This document shows, in pieces, positions 29,933 to 39,182 of a DNA stretch of 52,407 nt. Source of the DNA: a virus (taxonomy: Duplodnaviria; Caudoviricetes); IMG/VR virus record IMGVR_UViG_3300009008_003239, positions 1 through 52,407 of that record. One strand, given 5' to 3'. Both the position numbers and the translations under genes were made by a program. Below the pieces are notes generated by a model. It was not told the origin of the DNA. It did no database searches and was given only the letters and a program-made list of their open reading frames with translations. Every line of letters begins with the position of its first letter. The first letter of the stretch is position 1.

Positions 29933-30098
29933 GTTCTCTTAAAAGCCTCTTCATCTTGTCGCGCAATCTAACAAGAAGATCCAACTTCATGTGCTCATTC
30001 CAAAAGTCATATTCAGCCGGCGTGGTTTCGAAATATTTCAAGTGCCTGTTTAAAAAATTATATACGGCGCTCGTCTCTTCCTTGTTGATGTCTATCAT
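29925..30098 (-). CDS. Small hypothetical protein (57 aa, below the ORF-track cutoff)
   Basis: MIDINKEETSAVYNFLNRHLKYFETTPAEYDFWNEHMKLDLLVRLRDKMKRLLREHA*. ATGA overlap with the upstream stop; fills the gap exactly. Confidence 0.65.
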   Translation of the reverse strand: MIDINKEETSAVYNFLNRHLKYFETTPAEYDFWNEHMKLDLLVRLRDKMKRLLREHA

Positions 30099-30301
30099 TC
30101 GTTAGAACCCGGCGGATATTCGTCGTCGTGGCCATTGTTGTTTAATTTAAAAACCGGAGGGTTCATTATGTAGAGTTCTTCTTTCTCGTTTACTCTGAAG
30201 TTGAACCCCTTTAGTATTGGAACGATATCCGATTGTTCTAAGAGAGACTTTTGTAGGGCTAACATAATTGCGCCGAGGGCTTCATCCGAAAGTTTTAACA
30301 T
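30095..30301 (-). CDS. Hypothetical protein (68 aa)
   Basis: ATG with AAGGA upstream; co-oriented in the operon. Confidence 0.7.
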   Translation of the reverse strand: MLKLSDEALGAIMLALQKSLLEQSDIVPILKGFNFRVNEKEELYIMNPPVFKLNNNGHDDEYPPGSNE

Positions 30302-30314
30302 TATTTCATCCTTT

Positions 30315-31172
30315 TTATGTTATAGCTCCATCAATTTGAAGCCAGTCTTTGTTCTTGCGAATTTCTAAATTCTTTTTCCAAGCAGATTCTAATAATACAG
30401 GATTAATATCATTTTGTTTAGCTAATTTTATCAATGATTGTATATCTTTTGGAAAACATTTACCGCCGAAGCCATAATCGCCATCAGGGCCGGGCACTTT
30501 CATGTGCATACTGTTGACCCAACCAGAAGACAACATACCTGTAGTGGCCGTTTCCCAATCTACACCTAGCGATGACGCCATTTGATAAAATTCGTTCATT
30601 ATGCTTATTTTTGTAGCATAAAAACAATTACAAAAATATTTCGTAAACTCGCTGGTAATATAATCAGTTATAATAATTGGGACATTTGAAAAATGTTTTT
30701 TAAAAAAAGATGTTAACATCTCTATTCCAAGATTGCTCTTATTAAACCCAAGTATAATTCTAGTTGGATTTAAAAAATCTTCGTTAGCCGTTCGTTCTGT
30801 TAAAAATTCAGGACTAAAAATAATATTTAAATTTGAGTACTCTTCTTGCAACCTTTTACAAGTTCCTGGTATTACTGTTGATTTTATGATCACATGTGCT
30901 GACGTGTTGTTGTCGGATAGGCATTTTAATACTGAATTGATAATCGTCGCATCAAACTCTTGCTTAGCAGAATTATAGGGGGTTGGAACACAAACAAAAA
31001 TAATATCGGACTGCCTAATCACTTGATTAATCGTGTTTCTACTTCTACTCGGATCAACATCATAAACAAATGTTTCGACGCCTTTCACTGCCATGCCATT
31101 GTCGATAGCATGTCCAACAAACCCGTTTCCTATAATACCTACTTTCACTTTTTCCCCTCCCATGATCAACAA
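30315..31172 (-). CDS. ugd: UDP-glucose/GDP-mannose 6-dehydrogenase family protein (short form)
   Basis: Rossmann GIIGNGFVG, FVCVPTP, IIKSTVIPGT, FSPEFLTE, catalytic GFGGKCFPKD. True start may be GTG 31148 (GGAGG upstream). Exact sugar substrate not determinable. Confidence 0.9.
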   Translation of the reverse strand: MLIMGGEKVKVGIIGNGFVGHAIDNGMAVKGVETFVYDVDPSRSRNTINQVIRQSDIIFVCVPTPYNSAKQEFDATIINSVLKCLSDNNTSAHVIIKSTVIPGTCKRLQEEYSNLNIIFSPEFLTERTANEDFLNPTRIILGFNKSNLGIEMLTSFFKKHFSNVPIIITDYITSEFTKYFCNCFYATKISIMNEFYQMASSLGVDWETATTGMLSSGWVNSMHMKVPGPDGDYGFGGKCFPKDIQSLIKLAKQNDINPVLLESAWKKNLEIRKNKDWLQIDGAIT

Positions 31173-31810
31173 TAGTGGTTAATTACTCTAAAGCTTTCAA
31201 ACTTAAACAAGCCTTTTTTGCTTTCTGCAAAATTTGAGTGAAACAATTCAATACAATAATTTGAAAAGTAGCTACTATCTGCTTGGGTTTTAAAATGTCT
31301 CATAAGGCACTCTGACTTAAGTGTATAGTTCTCGTTTATGTCTACAAGCAAGTTTGGTGTCCAGGTATTTAAAGTGCTGGGCGTCTTATATTCTACAAGA
31401 GAAGCTAGTGTGGCGCGCCCGAGGGCGTACATCAGGCGATTGCAAAGTTGGTGCTCAAAATGGGAGTCTTCGCTTGGAGTGCAAAATATTGCGTCATATT
31501 GTTTTGTATTAAGAAAAGATTCTATTTTCGAAACCCACTCAGCTTCATTTAGATCTTCAAAGCTTTGCTTTTCGTGATTGAGAAGGCAATTGACATTATC
31601 TAGCTTCAAGCTTCTCCAAAAATCTTGAGATTCTTTATATCGCAAACTTGTACTAGTATTGTCGGTAGACGTGCCGGTTGTCAAACACAAAACATCGAAT
31701 GAAGTATCCTTGTGCGCCATAACAACTCCAGACATAGAATACTCAACGTCATCTGGATGAGGGCTAATACACAACACTTTATCAAAATTTAAAAACTTTC
31801 GTGTCTTCAT
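31166..31810 (-). CDS. PIG-L/LmbE-family N-acetylsugar deacetylase
   Basis: SPHPDDVE motif, R..E motif, and DSHFEH second metal motif. Confidence 0.85.
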   Translation of the reverse strand: MKTRKFLNFDKVLCISPHPDDVEYSMSGVVMAHKDTSFDVLCLTTGTSTDNTSTSLRYKESQDFWRSLKLDNVNCLLNHEKQSFEDLNEAEWVSKIESFLNTKQYDAIFCTPSEDSHFEHQLCNRLMYALGRATLASLVEYKTPSTLNTWTPNLLVDINENYTLKSECLMRHFKTQADSSYFSNYCIELFHSNFAESKKGLFKFESFRVINHYC

Positions 31811-32676
31811 ATTGATTTGAACCTCATTCCATTATAAATTTTAATTCCGTTTCTACGTAAAAAATCTCTTAAATCCTCTGATACTGAATTAAAATATCCC
31901 GATATAGTTTTATTTCCTATATCAAAAATTGTATCTTCTATTCCTGAACTGCTTTTCTGTTTTATGATTAATATCTTATTCTCTTGATTATAGTCATAAT
32001 TGATATCAAAATTGGCGATTTTCAATGGCATCAACACATTCGACCATCTATCCAGCAGTTGATTAATAATTCTAGCTAGTTCTTCATTTGTTGCTTCTTT
32101 AGGATATACATCTTGCTTTATTACTTTACAGGGGTTCCCTGCAGCTAAACAGCCTGCGGGTATATTCTTGTTGACTAAACTACCTATGCCAATTACAGTG
32201 TTGTCTCCTATCGAAGTATTCGGCAACATAATGCATCTCGGAGGAAGCCAGACGCTGTCCCCTATTGTAATGGGGCCAAAAGAGGCAGGAAAGCCAGAAG
32301 TCACATCGAGCCAGGCGCCATGAGTCCATAACATTGATTCTGCTCCAATTCCAACATCATCTCCTATAGTAATAGGACTATTGGGATTAATTATTGTATT
32401 CTCGAATATTCCAACATGATCTCCAATCTTGACATTAGCTTCCGGATTTTTGCTTCCGCCTCGACCAATTTCTACGCCTTTAGCTAAAAACAAGTACTCA
32501 CCGGCAATAAAATTTTGACATTCAATTTGCACATTATCCAAAATTGTTGAACACCGACCTAGGATAAAATTTCCTCTCACTTTTATTGAGACATTTTTTC
32601 CTATTACACAATTTTCACCTATCGATATTTCCTTCGCCTCGATACTAGAATTTTGATATATAAATTCTTTTTTCAT
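31807..32676 (-). CDS. Hexapeptide-repeat (left-handed beta-helix) sugar acyltransferase
   Basis: Repeated IG-x-x-x-x-IG hexapeptides; C-terminal IGIGSLVNKNIPAGCLAAGNPCKVIK. Confidence 0.88.
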   Translation of the reverse strand: MKKEFIYQNSSIEAKEISIGENCVIGKNVSIKVRGNFILGRCSTILDNVQIECQNFIAGEYLFLAKGVEIGRGGSKNPEANVKIGDHVGIFENTIINPNSPITIGDDVGIGAESMLWTHGAWLDVTSGFPASFGPITIGDSVWLPPRCIMLPNTSIGDNTVIGIGSLVNKNIPAGCLAAGNPCKVIKQDVYPKEATNEELARIINQLLDRWSNVLMPLKIANFDINYDYNQENKILIIKQKSSSGIEDTIFDIGNKTISGYFNSVSEDLRDFLRRNGIKIYNGMRFKSI

Positions 32677-32677
32677 T

Positions 32678-33538
32678 TTAACTTTGTTTTATTCGTTCTA
32701 TCCAATCTGTTACTTCTTTAGTAGTTTGCCAACCTAACACCTCTCTAGCTTTATTACTTTCTACTGCTACGGAGACGCGATCGCCCGGTCGGGCAGGGAC
32801 GAAAGCGATATCAGTTTCAAACATTTTTGCAATTTCTAGTATACTATAAGTCTTGTGATTGTTTAATTCAAACTCATCATTTTTGTCATATTTCCAAGAC
32901 CTTATTAGTCCATCTACTATGTCTCCAACATACGTGAAGGCTCTTTTTTGTTTCCCGCTGCCGCATATTGTTAGCGGCAAATTTGACTTATATTGTTTTT
33001 CAAAGACGCTTATCACTGATTCATAGCCTGGTGTCGGAGATGAATCGTATTTTGGGCCAAATGCGTTATAGAAATAACAAATAGCATATTTTAGCCCGTA
33101 CCAATCGGCGTAGCTTTTAATTAAATCAACAGACTTGCTCTTTGTGAAAGAGTACGGAGAATGCCCCACTCCCTCACTAGCAAAACGAGTGCTTGATGCA
33201 CCATATACTATTTTTTTAATATTATTTTGTCGACAATATTCAAGGACCGAAAAGGTACCTAGCGAGTTGGATTCCCACACTTTTTTGATATCTTCGAATG
33301 AAGTAGCTATTCTAGAATACTCTCCCAGATGAAAGACAGCGTCATAGTTTTCACCTTTCAATACCTGTTTCATGTCTTTTGTGTGCCCTTTTACATACTG
33401 CACACCTTCTATGTGGTTTTCTTCCTTGCCAGAACTATAATTGTCTATAGAGGTAATTTCATGCTGGTCTAAAAACAATCTCTCTATCAGATTGGTGCCA
33501 ATAAAGCCTGCTCCGCCAGTTACTAAAATCCTGCTCAT
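32678..33538 (-). CDS. NAD-dependent nucleotide-sugar epimerase/dehydratase (extended SDR)
   Basis: ILVTGGAGFIG, catalytic YxxxK (PYSFTK), YNAFGP, RAFTYVGDIV. Confidence 0.92.
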   Translation of the reverse strand: MSRILVTGGAGFIGTNLIERLFLDQHEITSIDNYSSGKEENHIEGVQYVKGHTKDMKQVLKGENYDAVFHLGEYSRIATSFEDIKKVWESNSLGTFSVLEYCRQNNIKKIVYGASSTRFASEGVGHSPYSFTKSKSVDLIKSYADWYGLKYAICYFYNAFGPKYDSSPTPGYESVISVFEKQYKSNLPLTICGSGKQKRAFTYVGDIVDGLIRSWKYDKNDEFELNNHKTYSILEIAKMFETDIAFVPARPGDRVSVAVESNKAREVLGWQTTKEVTDWIERIKQS

Positions 33539-34263
33539 AGTTTATAGCTCTTGTATCTGTTGTGATATCCTCTGCTCTTTATATTGACGTACGGATCCCA
33601 TATAGAACCAAAGCTAATCATCCAACAATTTCGGCCTATCACAGGATATAACTCGTCCTGTATTGGTAAAGTTGGCATGCCAGCAGACATCCCAAAGACC
33701 ACATCATCATACTTTTCATATACATCCAACATATCACTAATTATTTGATCTTTCTTTGTCCAGCAATCAACTGCTGGGATATCTACGTAGTCAACATACT
33801 TAATGTTCAGATCTCTTTTTCTAGGTTCCGATACTATTACAAAGTTCATTTTTTCAAGTTGCTTCTTTAGATCTCCAAGTTTTCCTTTTTCTGCACAATC
33901 ATACAGTGAATCCTCAATCTCAACATCATGAAGGTTCAATGAACTTAGGTTGTATTTTTCGATATATTTCTTAAATAATTTACTAGTGTGTCTGCCGTTG
34001 CCGTGCCCAGTGTACCAATCCTTGCTACATATTTTAGGATATTTTTTTTCAACAACAAACGTGTTGTGTATTGCCTCCCCTAGGGATTGAAAATACTGAT
34101 GTTTATCAGCGTTAACGCTACCTAAGTAATTTTTAGGCATCCACCCCAAGGCTTTAAAAAGCGCAAAAAGTTCGCCGTCACCGAACTTGCCAAGCGTATA
34201 GTAGTCTCCTTTTTCTAACAAGTCAATGTAATCATACATGGTGTAATTTTTAAAAGTTATCAT
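33535..34263 (-). CDS. GT-D-fold (DUF1792-like) glycosyltransferase-related protein
   Basis: LGKFGDGEL motif near the N-terminus and SAG...ISFGSIWD near the C-terminus resemble GT-D fold proteins. Context is a glycosylation cluster. Confidence 0.6.
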   Translation of the reverse strand: MITFKNYTMYDYIDLLEKGDYYTLGKFGDGELFALFKALGWMPKNYLGSVNADKHQYFQSLGEAIHNTFVVEKKYPKICSKDWYTGHGNGRHTSKLFKKYIEKYNLSSLNLHDVEIEDSLYDCAEKGKLGDLKKQLEKMNFVIVSEPRKRDLNIKYVDYVDIPAVDCWTKKDQIISDMLDVYEKYDDVVFGMSAGMPTLPIQDELYPVIGRNCWMISFGSIWDPYVNIKSRGYHNRYKSYKL

Positions 34264-34279
34264 ACAGCCTTATTCCTTA

Positions 34280-34608
34280 TCATATCAGCTTATACAGCAC
34301 AATACATTCTTCATCGTTGATGTACAACTGTTCTGCTTTAAAAAGTTTTAAAAACGTTTCTTTAAAGTCATAGTGGCTGTGATCATCGATAAATACATGA
34401 CTACCGGGTTTGAGATGCCCCATCATATGCAGGAAAGCAATATTTCGGCCGTTGCCATTTGGCCCGTCTAATATCATCAAGTCATAATCGCCAACTATGT
34501 CGTTCTCTTGAACGTCATAAAAATTATTTTTTGCAAAATCCCTAAAGATAGTTTGCCCAGTGTCCAACCATTAGTGTTGTATTGTTGAATTTTTTCATTT
34601 GTTAACAT
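34280..34608 (-). pseudogene. Class I SAM methyltransferase remnant, internally deleted and frameshifted
   Basis: ATG 34608 reads MLTNEKIQQYNTNGWTLGKLSLGILQK... and stops at 34495. The C-terminal half (KNNFYDV...YDLMILDGPNGNGR...HLKPGSHVFIDD) is in another frame. No glycine-rich SAM motif I in either frame. Confidence 0.65.
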
Positions 34609-34609
34609 A

Positions 34610-34753
34610 TCATTTCCGCTTGCTGTCTTTTCTTAAAACCAAATCAAGCACTAGAGGGTATTCATATACTCTTGACCAAGAATTATAAATCGGATTTGAT
34701 TTTTCTTCTGTCAAAATTTTTCTAAATTCTAAAACTTTAAATTTATTTTGCAC
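34610..34753 (-). pseudogene. 47-aa gene remnant, probably from a methyltransferase
   Basis: GTG 34753 with strong GGGGAG SD, reading VQNKFKVLEFRKILTEEKSNPIYNSWSRVYEYPLVLDLVLRKDSKRK*. WSRxYEYP is an N-terminal motif I associate with SAM methyltransferases; the catalytic core is absent. Confidence 0.5.
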
Positions 34754-35762
34754 TTATTTCTCCCCGGTCAAAATTCGTAGAAAGAATTTTTAAAACTCTA
34801 TCTGCTGATCTTCCATCCCCATACGGGGACCTACATTCTATCACATAATCTTTAATATGTTGATTAAAAACATCTTTTAAATTTTGTGGATCAGCAACCA
34901 TAAAGCTGCTAGTATTAACAGCCTCTGGTCTTTCTGTCGTCTCTCTACAGACTAAGCACTTTTTATTAAAAAAAGAACATTCTTCTTGAAGACCACCACT
35001 GTCTGTTATGACCATGCGACACTTAACAAGAACCCTCATGAGTTCGTCATGAGCCATTGGTTTCACAACGCGGACATCAGATAAAATATGTTTATTTTTC
35101 TGAACATTTGGATTAGGGTGTAGGGGTAGAATAAAGTCTAAATCCTTATTTCTTTTAGCTAATTCGTTTATTGACTTAAACCAAGAATGCAATGTTGCAT
35201 GATTTTCGCGGCGGTGCATTGTCACCAATACTTTATCTGCATACTCACAACTCGCCTTATAGTGTAGTAAGTTGTCTAAGACTGTATTTCCCACAACATG
35301 AATAGGGGCAGTAACTCCCTCTCTTAATAAATTTGCCTTGTTTGTGTTGGTCGGACACAGATGCACAGAAGCTATAGCAGAAACAATCTTTCTATTGTAT
35401 TCTTCGGGATATGGATTGTTTACATCTTGTGTGCGCAGGCCTGCTTCGAGATGAACAACCTCGATTTTCCTATGCATTGCTGCTATGGCGAGGCCCACAA
35501 CAGAACTTGTGTCCCCTTGGACTATTACATGAGTTATGTTTTCAAAACACTCATCTGGTATGGAAAGGCAGTTTTTAATAACTGAATCTAAACGGTTACC
35601 CGGATAATCAACCATTTTCAGCTTAAAGTCTGCTTTCTTGGGGGCAATATCCTGATGCTGTCCAGTAAACAGTGTCTTATATGGAATTCTACCTCTAAAA
35701 GTCTCTATCAATGGTTTGACCTTAATATATTCAGGTCTTGTGCCAAAAGTTATTAATATCAT
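34743..35762 (-). CDS. wecB: UDP-N-acetylglucosamine 2-epimerase (non-hydrolysing)
   Basis: FGTRPEYIK, TGQH, VQGDT, HLEAGLRT, PYPEEYNR, TMHRREN, TDSGGLQEE, TERPE, PYGDG. Confidence 0.95.
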   Translation of the reverse strand: MILITFGTRPEYIKVKPLIETFRGRIPYKTLFTGQHQDIAPKKADFKLKMVDYPGNRLDSVIKNCLSIPDECFENITHVIVQGDTSSVVGLAIAAMHRKIEVVHLEAGLRTQDVNNPYPEEYNRKIVSAIASVHLCPTNTNKANLLREGVTAPIHVVGNTVLDNLLHYKASCEYADKVLVTMHRRENHATLHSWFKSINELAKRNKDLDFILPLHPNPNVQKNKHILSDVRVVKPMAHDELMRVLVKCRMVITDSGGLQEECSFFNKKCLVCRETTERPEAVNTSSFMVADPQNLKDVFNQHIKDYVIECRSPYGDGRSADRVLKILSTNFDRGEISAK

Positions 35763-36328
35763 TTTGTTTTTTTATAAAAATAAAATTTTGCTTTAGTTTG
35801 CTCTTCAAAAGGATTTTCTAAAATTTTAAAATTCTCAAAATTATACTTTTCTACATCAGTAGTAAATTTTCTGTGGCACACGTGGCCAGCCGGGCATGCG
35901 TCAAAATTAGTACTATAAATAATGACATATTGCTCAGAAGACAAAAACAAGTTCTCTAAATGCTGATGATAGGTTTCTTTTTCAGTCAGATGGTATATAA
36001 CATCTAGTGAAATAGTTAGCTCTGCTTTATGTGACATGGTAAACTCTTCCAATAATCTAAACTTAAGATGCGGCTTGTCGCCATGGCGATTGTTGCAAAT
36101 GTCAACTGCGGATTGATAATCATACCCAGTATAATTTTTATATTTGATATTGGATAGCTGTATTCCATCTCCGCAACCAAGCTCTATTACTGATTCCGGG
36201 GCATAATCAGTCAAGAATTTGTTAATAACTTCCTGCTTATATACACACAGATCACCACGAGAGCCGGCGCCGGGGCCCAGATTACCTTTTAAATATCTAT
36301 TTTGCCAATATTCCCTACTGTCAAGCAT
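35759..36328 (-). CDS. Class I SAM-dependent methyltransferase
   Basis: YW..RY..G..G.GS N-terminus, motif I VIELGCGDG, SLDVIYHL. Confidence 0.88.
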   Translation of the reverse strand: MLDSREYWQNRYLKGNLGPGAGSRGDLCVYKQEVINKFLTDYAPESVIELGCGDGIQLSNIKYKNYTGYDYQSAVDICNNRHGDKPHLKFRLLEEFTMSHKAELTISLDVIYHLTEKETYHQHLENLFLSSEQYVIIYSTNFDACPAGHVCHRKFTTDVEKYNFENFKILENPFEEQTKAKFYFYKKTK

Positions 36329-36329
36329 G

Positions 36330-37919
36330 TTATTCCCTCCTGATACGTATAGGTTTCCAGCCGTTTTTTATTGAGTATTTCACAGCCTCATTGCGTTCTT
36401 CATAAAACACATTGTGATTTCTGCTAGCGCTACTGGCGCAGGCGTCTACACCATATTCGTATCCTTTAAGCGAACTATGAAAATCAAGCTGGTCGGCCGG
36501 GTGAGGCGGACAAAAAGAAGATATATTTCCGTATTTTTGTGCCGTATAGGCGAAGTGTATGTCCTCTCCATTATCCCAAGTTAAAGGATCTTCCATCCAC
36601 ATGTATTTAAGCCATGCGCGCTTAAAAAACCAGGCATGCCCAACTAGATCAACTTCTATTATTTCTTCATTTTTAGAAGACCAGCCGTGGCGAGTGTGCC
36701 CAGTGTACGCGTCGTTGTTTAATACGACGCCGGCGCCGCCATATATCCCCTCTCGCTCTTTCATTGATTTTAAGCAATTTTCAACCCAACGCTTTCCTGG
36801 TATTGTATCGTCGTCAAAGAAAGCCACATATTCTGTTTTAGCTAACATTGCTGCAGCAAATCGACCAAAATACTTCCAATTGTGATCATTTTCAAATACT
36901 CTTTCCACATTTAATTCAGAAAAATCAAATTTTTCGTTGTCTTCGTGGTGGTTAACCCACAACCAAATTTCAGTGGGAGCAATTGTCTGTGATCTTAGCG
37001 ACTGTATTTGCTCCTTCAGATACTCAGGTCGTCTATAACAGTTCAAAATAACTGTTACTTTATCAAGTTTAGCATCATTTATAGCCTCTTTGAAGACGTT
37101 ACAAGCTGATTGGGTGCGTTTCCGAATAGCTTCTATTAGTTCTTTACCGCCAAGGCTAGCCAAATCTGTTTCACTAAAAAATCCAATTAGTTTTGGCGTT
37201 GTTTTTATTTTGCAGTTCATCATTCTTGCTTCTGCGACGACGCGACAGAACGTTTCTAGAACTTGAGGAAGGAAGAGTATTTCTTCTGTTTCACTAATTT
37301 GCTGCAAAAATTCTTCTTCTGGCGCGGGGAGAATGAAATCATGCTCAATATTATTACTTTTACAGTAATTAACCGCTTGTGTAGTTCCTTTTATTGGGTT
37401 ACTTGACTTTATGATTGAAAGCTTTTTATTTTTCTGATTATTAGATTTCTGCTCAATAAGATCAAGCCTTTCGTCTGACCATAAGCTAGTACCTATATTG
37501 ACCACATTTGTTAAATTTAAGTTTTCTTTTAATACGAGACTGCATATCTCACTTAAAACAAATACTTTTCTTGCATTCTTATAAAAATTTACATTTATTA
37601 AATTCTCTATAGGTATAGAAAAGTTTTTAAACTTTGAAGGATCGCGGGTCGTACAATATTTGTGATCATGTTCATAAATTATATAATCTAAATTTTCAAC
37701 AAGATATTTTTTACAAGCCTGCGATAAGGCAATAAAATTACTAATAATAAAACAGCTGTTTTTGTACTCTCTCAAAAACTGCAAGGTACACTTAGAAGAT
37801 TGTTTTTTTGTGATTAAAAAACCTTCTTTTTCTAAAAAATCAATTAATACCGAATCATTAGACTCTGCTCCCCCCAATATATGATCAGAGAAAAAATCAG
37901 CTATAAAAACGACACTCAT
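36330..37919 (-). CDS. Bifunctional glycosyltransferase (N-terminal GT-B/GT4-like + C-terminal GT2/GT-A)
   Basis: N-half GGAE...YEHDHK...ETFCRVVAEARMMNC (Ex7E). C-half VTVILNCYRRP...YVAFFDDDTIPG (DxD)...NGEDI. Start refined to ATG 37919. Confidence 0.85.
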   Translation of the reverse strand: MSVVFIADFFSDHILGGAESNDSVLIDFLEKEGFLITKKQSSKCTLQFLREYKNSCFIISNFIALSQACKKYLVENLDYIIYEHDHKYCTTRDPSKFKNFSIPIENLINVNFYKNARKVFVLSEICSLVLKENLNLTNVVNIGTSLWSDERLDLIEQKSNNQKNKKLSIIKSSNPIKGTTQAVNYCKSNNIEHDFILPAPEEEFLQQISETEEILFLPQVLETFCRVVAEARMMNCKIKTTPKLIGFFSETDLASLGGKELIEAIRKRTQSACNVFKEAINDAKLDKVTVILNCYRRPEYLKEQIQSLRSQTIAPTEIWLWVNHHEDNEKFDFSELNVERVFENDHNWKYFGRFAAAMLAKTEYVAFFDDDTIPGKRWVENCLKSMKEREGIYGGAGVVLNNDAYTGHTRHGWSSKNEEIIEVDLVGHAWFFKRAWLKYMWMEDPLTWDNGEDIHFAYTAQKYGNISSFCPPHPADQLDFHSSLKGYEYGVDACASSASRNHNVFYEERNEAVKYSIKNGWKPIRIRRE

Positions 37920-37921
37920 TG

Positions 37922-39181
37922 TCAAAGCGCTTCTATCTTTTCTAATTCTTCTTTCCACGAATCGTCAACAGTCAAAATTGAATTTATTTGGTCAACATAT
38001 TCGGCGTATTGTTTTTCTTCATTGAAGTTTTCACAAACCCAAGCTTGTAGTTGTTTGGCTTGCTTCTTGAAACGGCCGTGATCTTTGTATACATCACTCA
38101 AGCACGTCTTTATAGAGCCTTGTTCTGGGTAGGCCCAGGCAGAGCCTTCGACTAAGATGTCTTTCCATACTACGTCTTTCGAAATCTCACTCAATGTATA
38201 ACTAACCCGGCTGAACATTGGCTTTGTCTTTATCTTGCCACTCTTTTGTTTTGTTGGCATGTATAAAAAGTCTAAGTGGCCACTCCAATCAGTAGCAATT
38301 ACAGGCAGGCCATAATATGCAGCTTCAAATAGTGGTAGCCCAAAGCCTTCTCCATGTGTGGTAGAGACAATCGCTTTGATGTCGGGGTGTGTGTAAAGGC
38401 CGGCCATCTCGCTGTCGTTCAAATATCCATGCAATAGGTAAATTTTGCACTTTCTATCGGGATATTTTGACATTATAGCCTTAAAGTTATGTAGGGTCTG
38501 TCTACGATCAATAAGTGAGTTTTTTGCCATATTTGCCTTAACAATCAGGCCAACATCTTCATTATCACCAAATTCCTCTATAAATGCTTCAAACAGCTGG
38601 CCAGCATTTTTTCGTGGACTTATCTGTGAAACCGCTAAAAAATTGAATTTTGTTGTTAAATTTAGGTCTAATTCGGTCGTTTCATGCTTCAAAACGGGGT
38701 ATGACACGCATTCTACCGGTTTTTGTACTCTAAAATCTACTCTTTCGCCAGTTTGGTTGTTTGTCGCCTCATAGACAGTATTAACGTAAGTATCGACAGA
38801 ATGCTTGCTAATTGTAAGAATTTTATCCATTAAAAAGGACTTTTCGATCCAATTTGCTGATACCTTTGTTGTTTCAATGCCGGCAGTTACACCAATATTG
38901 ATCGGAGCTAGCTTTTCCCACTCGTTAGGGATTGTCACCTGAATGGACGCATCATACGTGCCACCTTGGGAGGCGTGTTCTATTGTTTTTTCAAGAAGTG
39001 CATCGATTTCTCGCCTCTCCTCGTTGTCTTCCCATAACCAACTGGTTTTACCCCATGGTATCGGATGCAAATAGATATCAAACAAATCAGGTCTTGTCTT
39101 CAAAGCCCGTAAAACAGTGCGAGCGTGGTGCCCATACCCAGATTGTGTCAAAAAAGGACCCTTTAGGTATACTTTCTTCAT
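37922..39181 (-). CDS. Glycosyltransferase family 4 (GT-B)
   Basis: SGYGHHAR, PRKN, THGEGFGLPLFEAAYYGLPVIATDWSGH (Ex7E). Confidence 0.92.
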   Translation of the reverse strand: MKKVYLKGPFLTQSGYGHHARTVLRALKTRPDLFDIYLHPIPWGKTSWLWEDNEERREIDALLEKTIEHASQGGTYDASIQVTIPNEWEKLAPINIGVTAGIETTKVSANWIEKSFLMDKILTISKHSVDTYVNTVYEATNNQTGERVDFRVQKPVECVSYPVLKHETTELDLNLTTKFNFLAVSQISPRKNAGQLFEAFIEEFGDNEDVGLIVKANMAKNSLIDRRQTLHNFKAIMSKYPDRKCKIYLLHGYLNDSEMAGLYTHPDIKAIVSTTHGEGFGLPLFEAAYYGLPVIATDWSGHLDFLYMPTKQKSGKIKTKPMFSRVSYTLSEISKDVVWKDILVEGSAWAYPEQGSIKTCLSDVYKDHGRFKKQAKQLQAWVCENFNEEKQYAEYVDQINSILTVDDSWKEELEKIEAL

Positions 39182-39182
39182 A

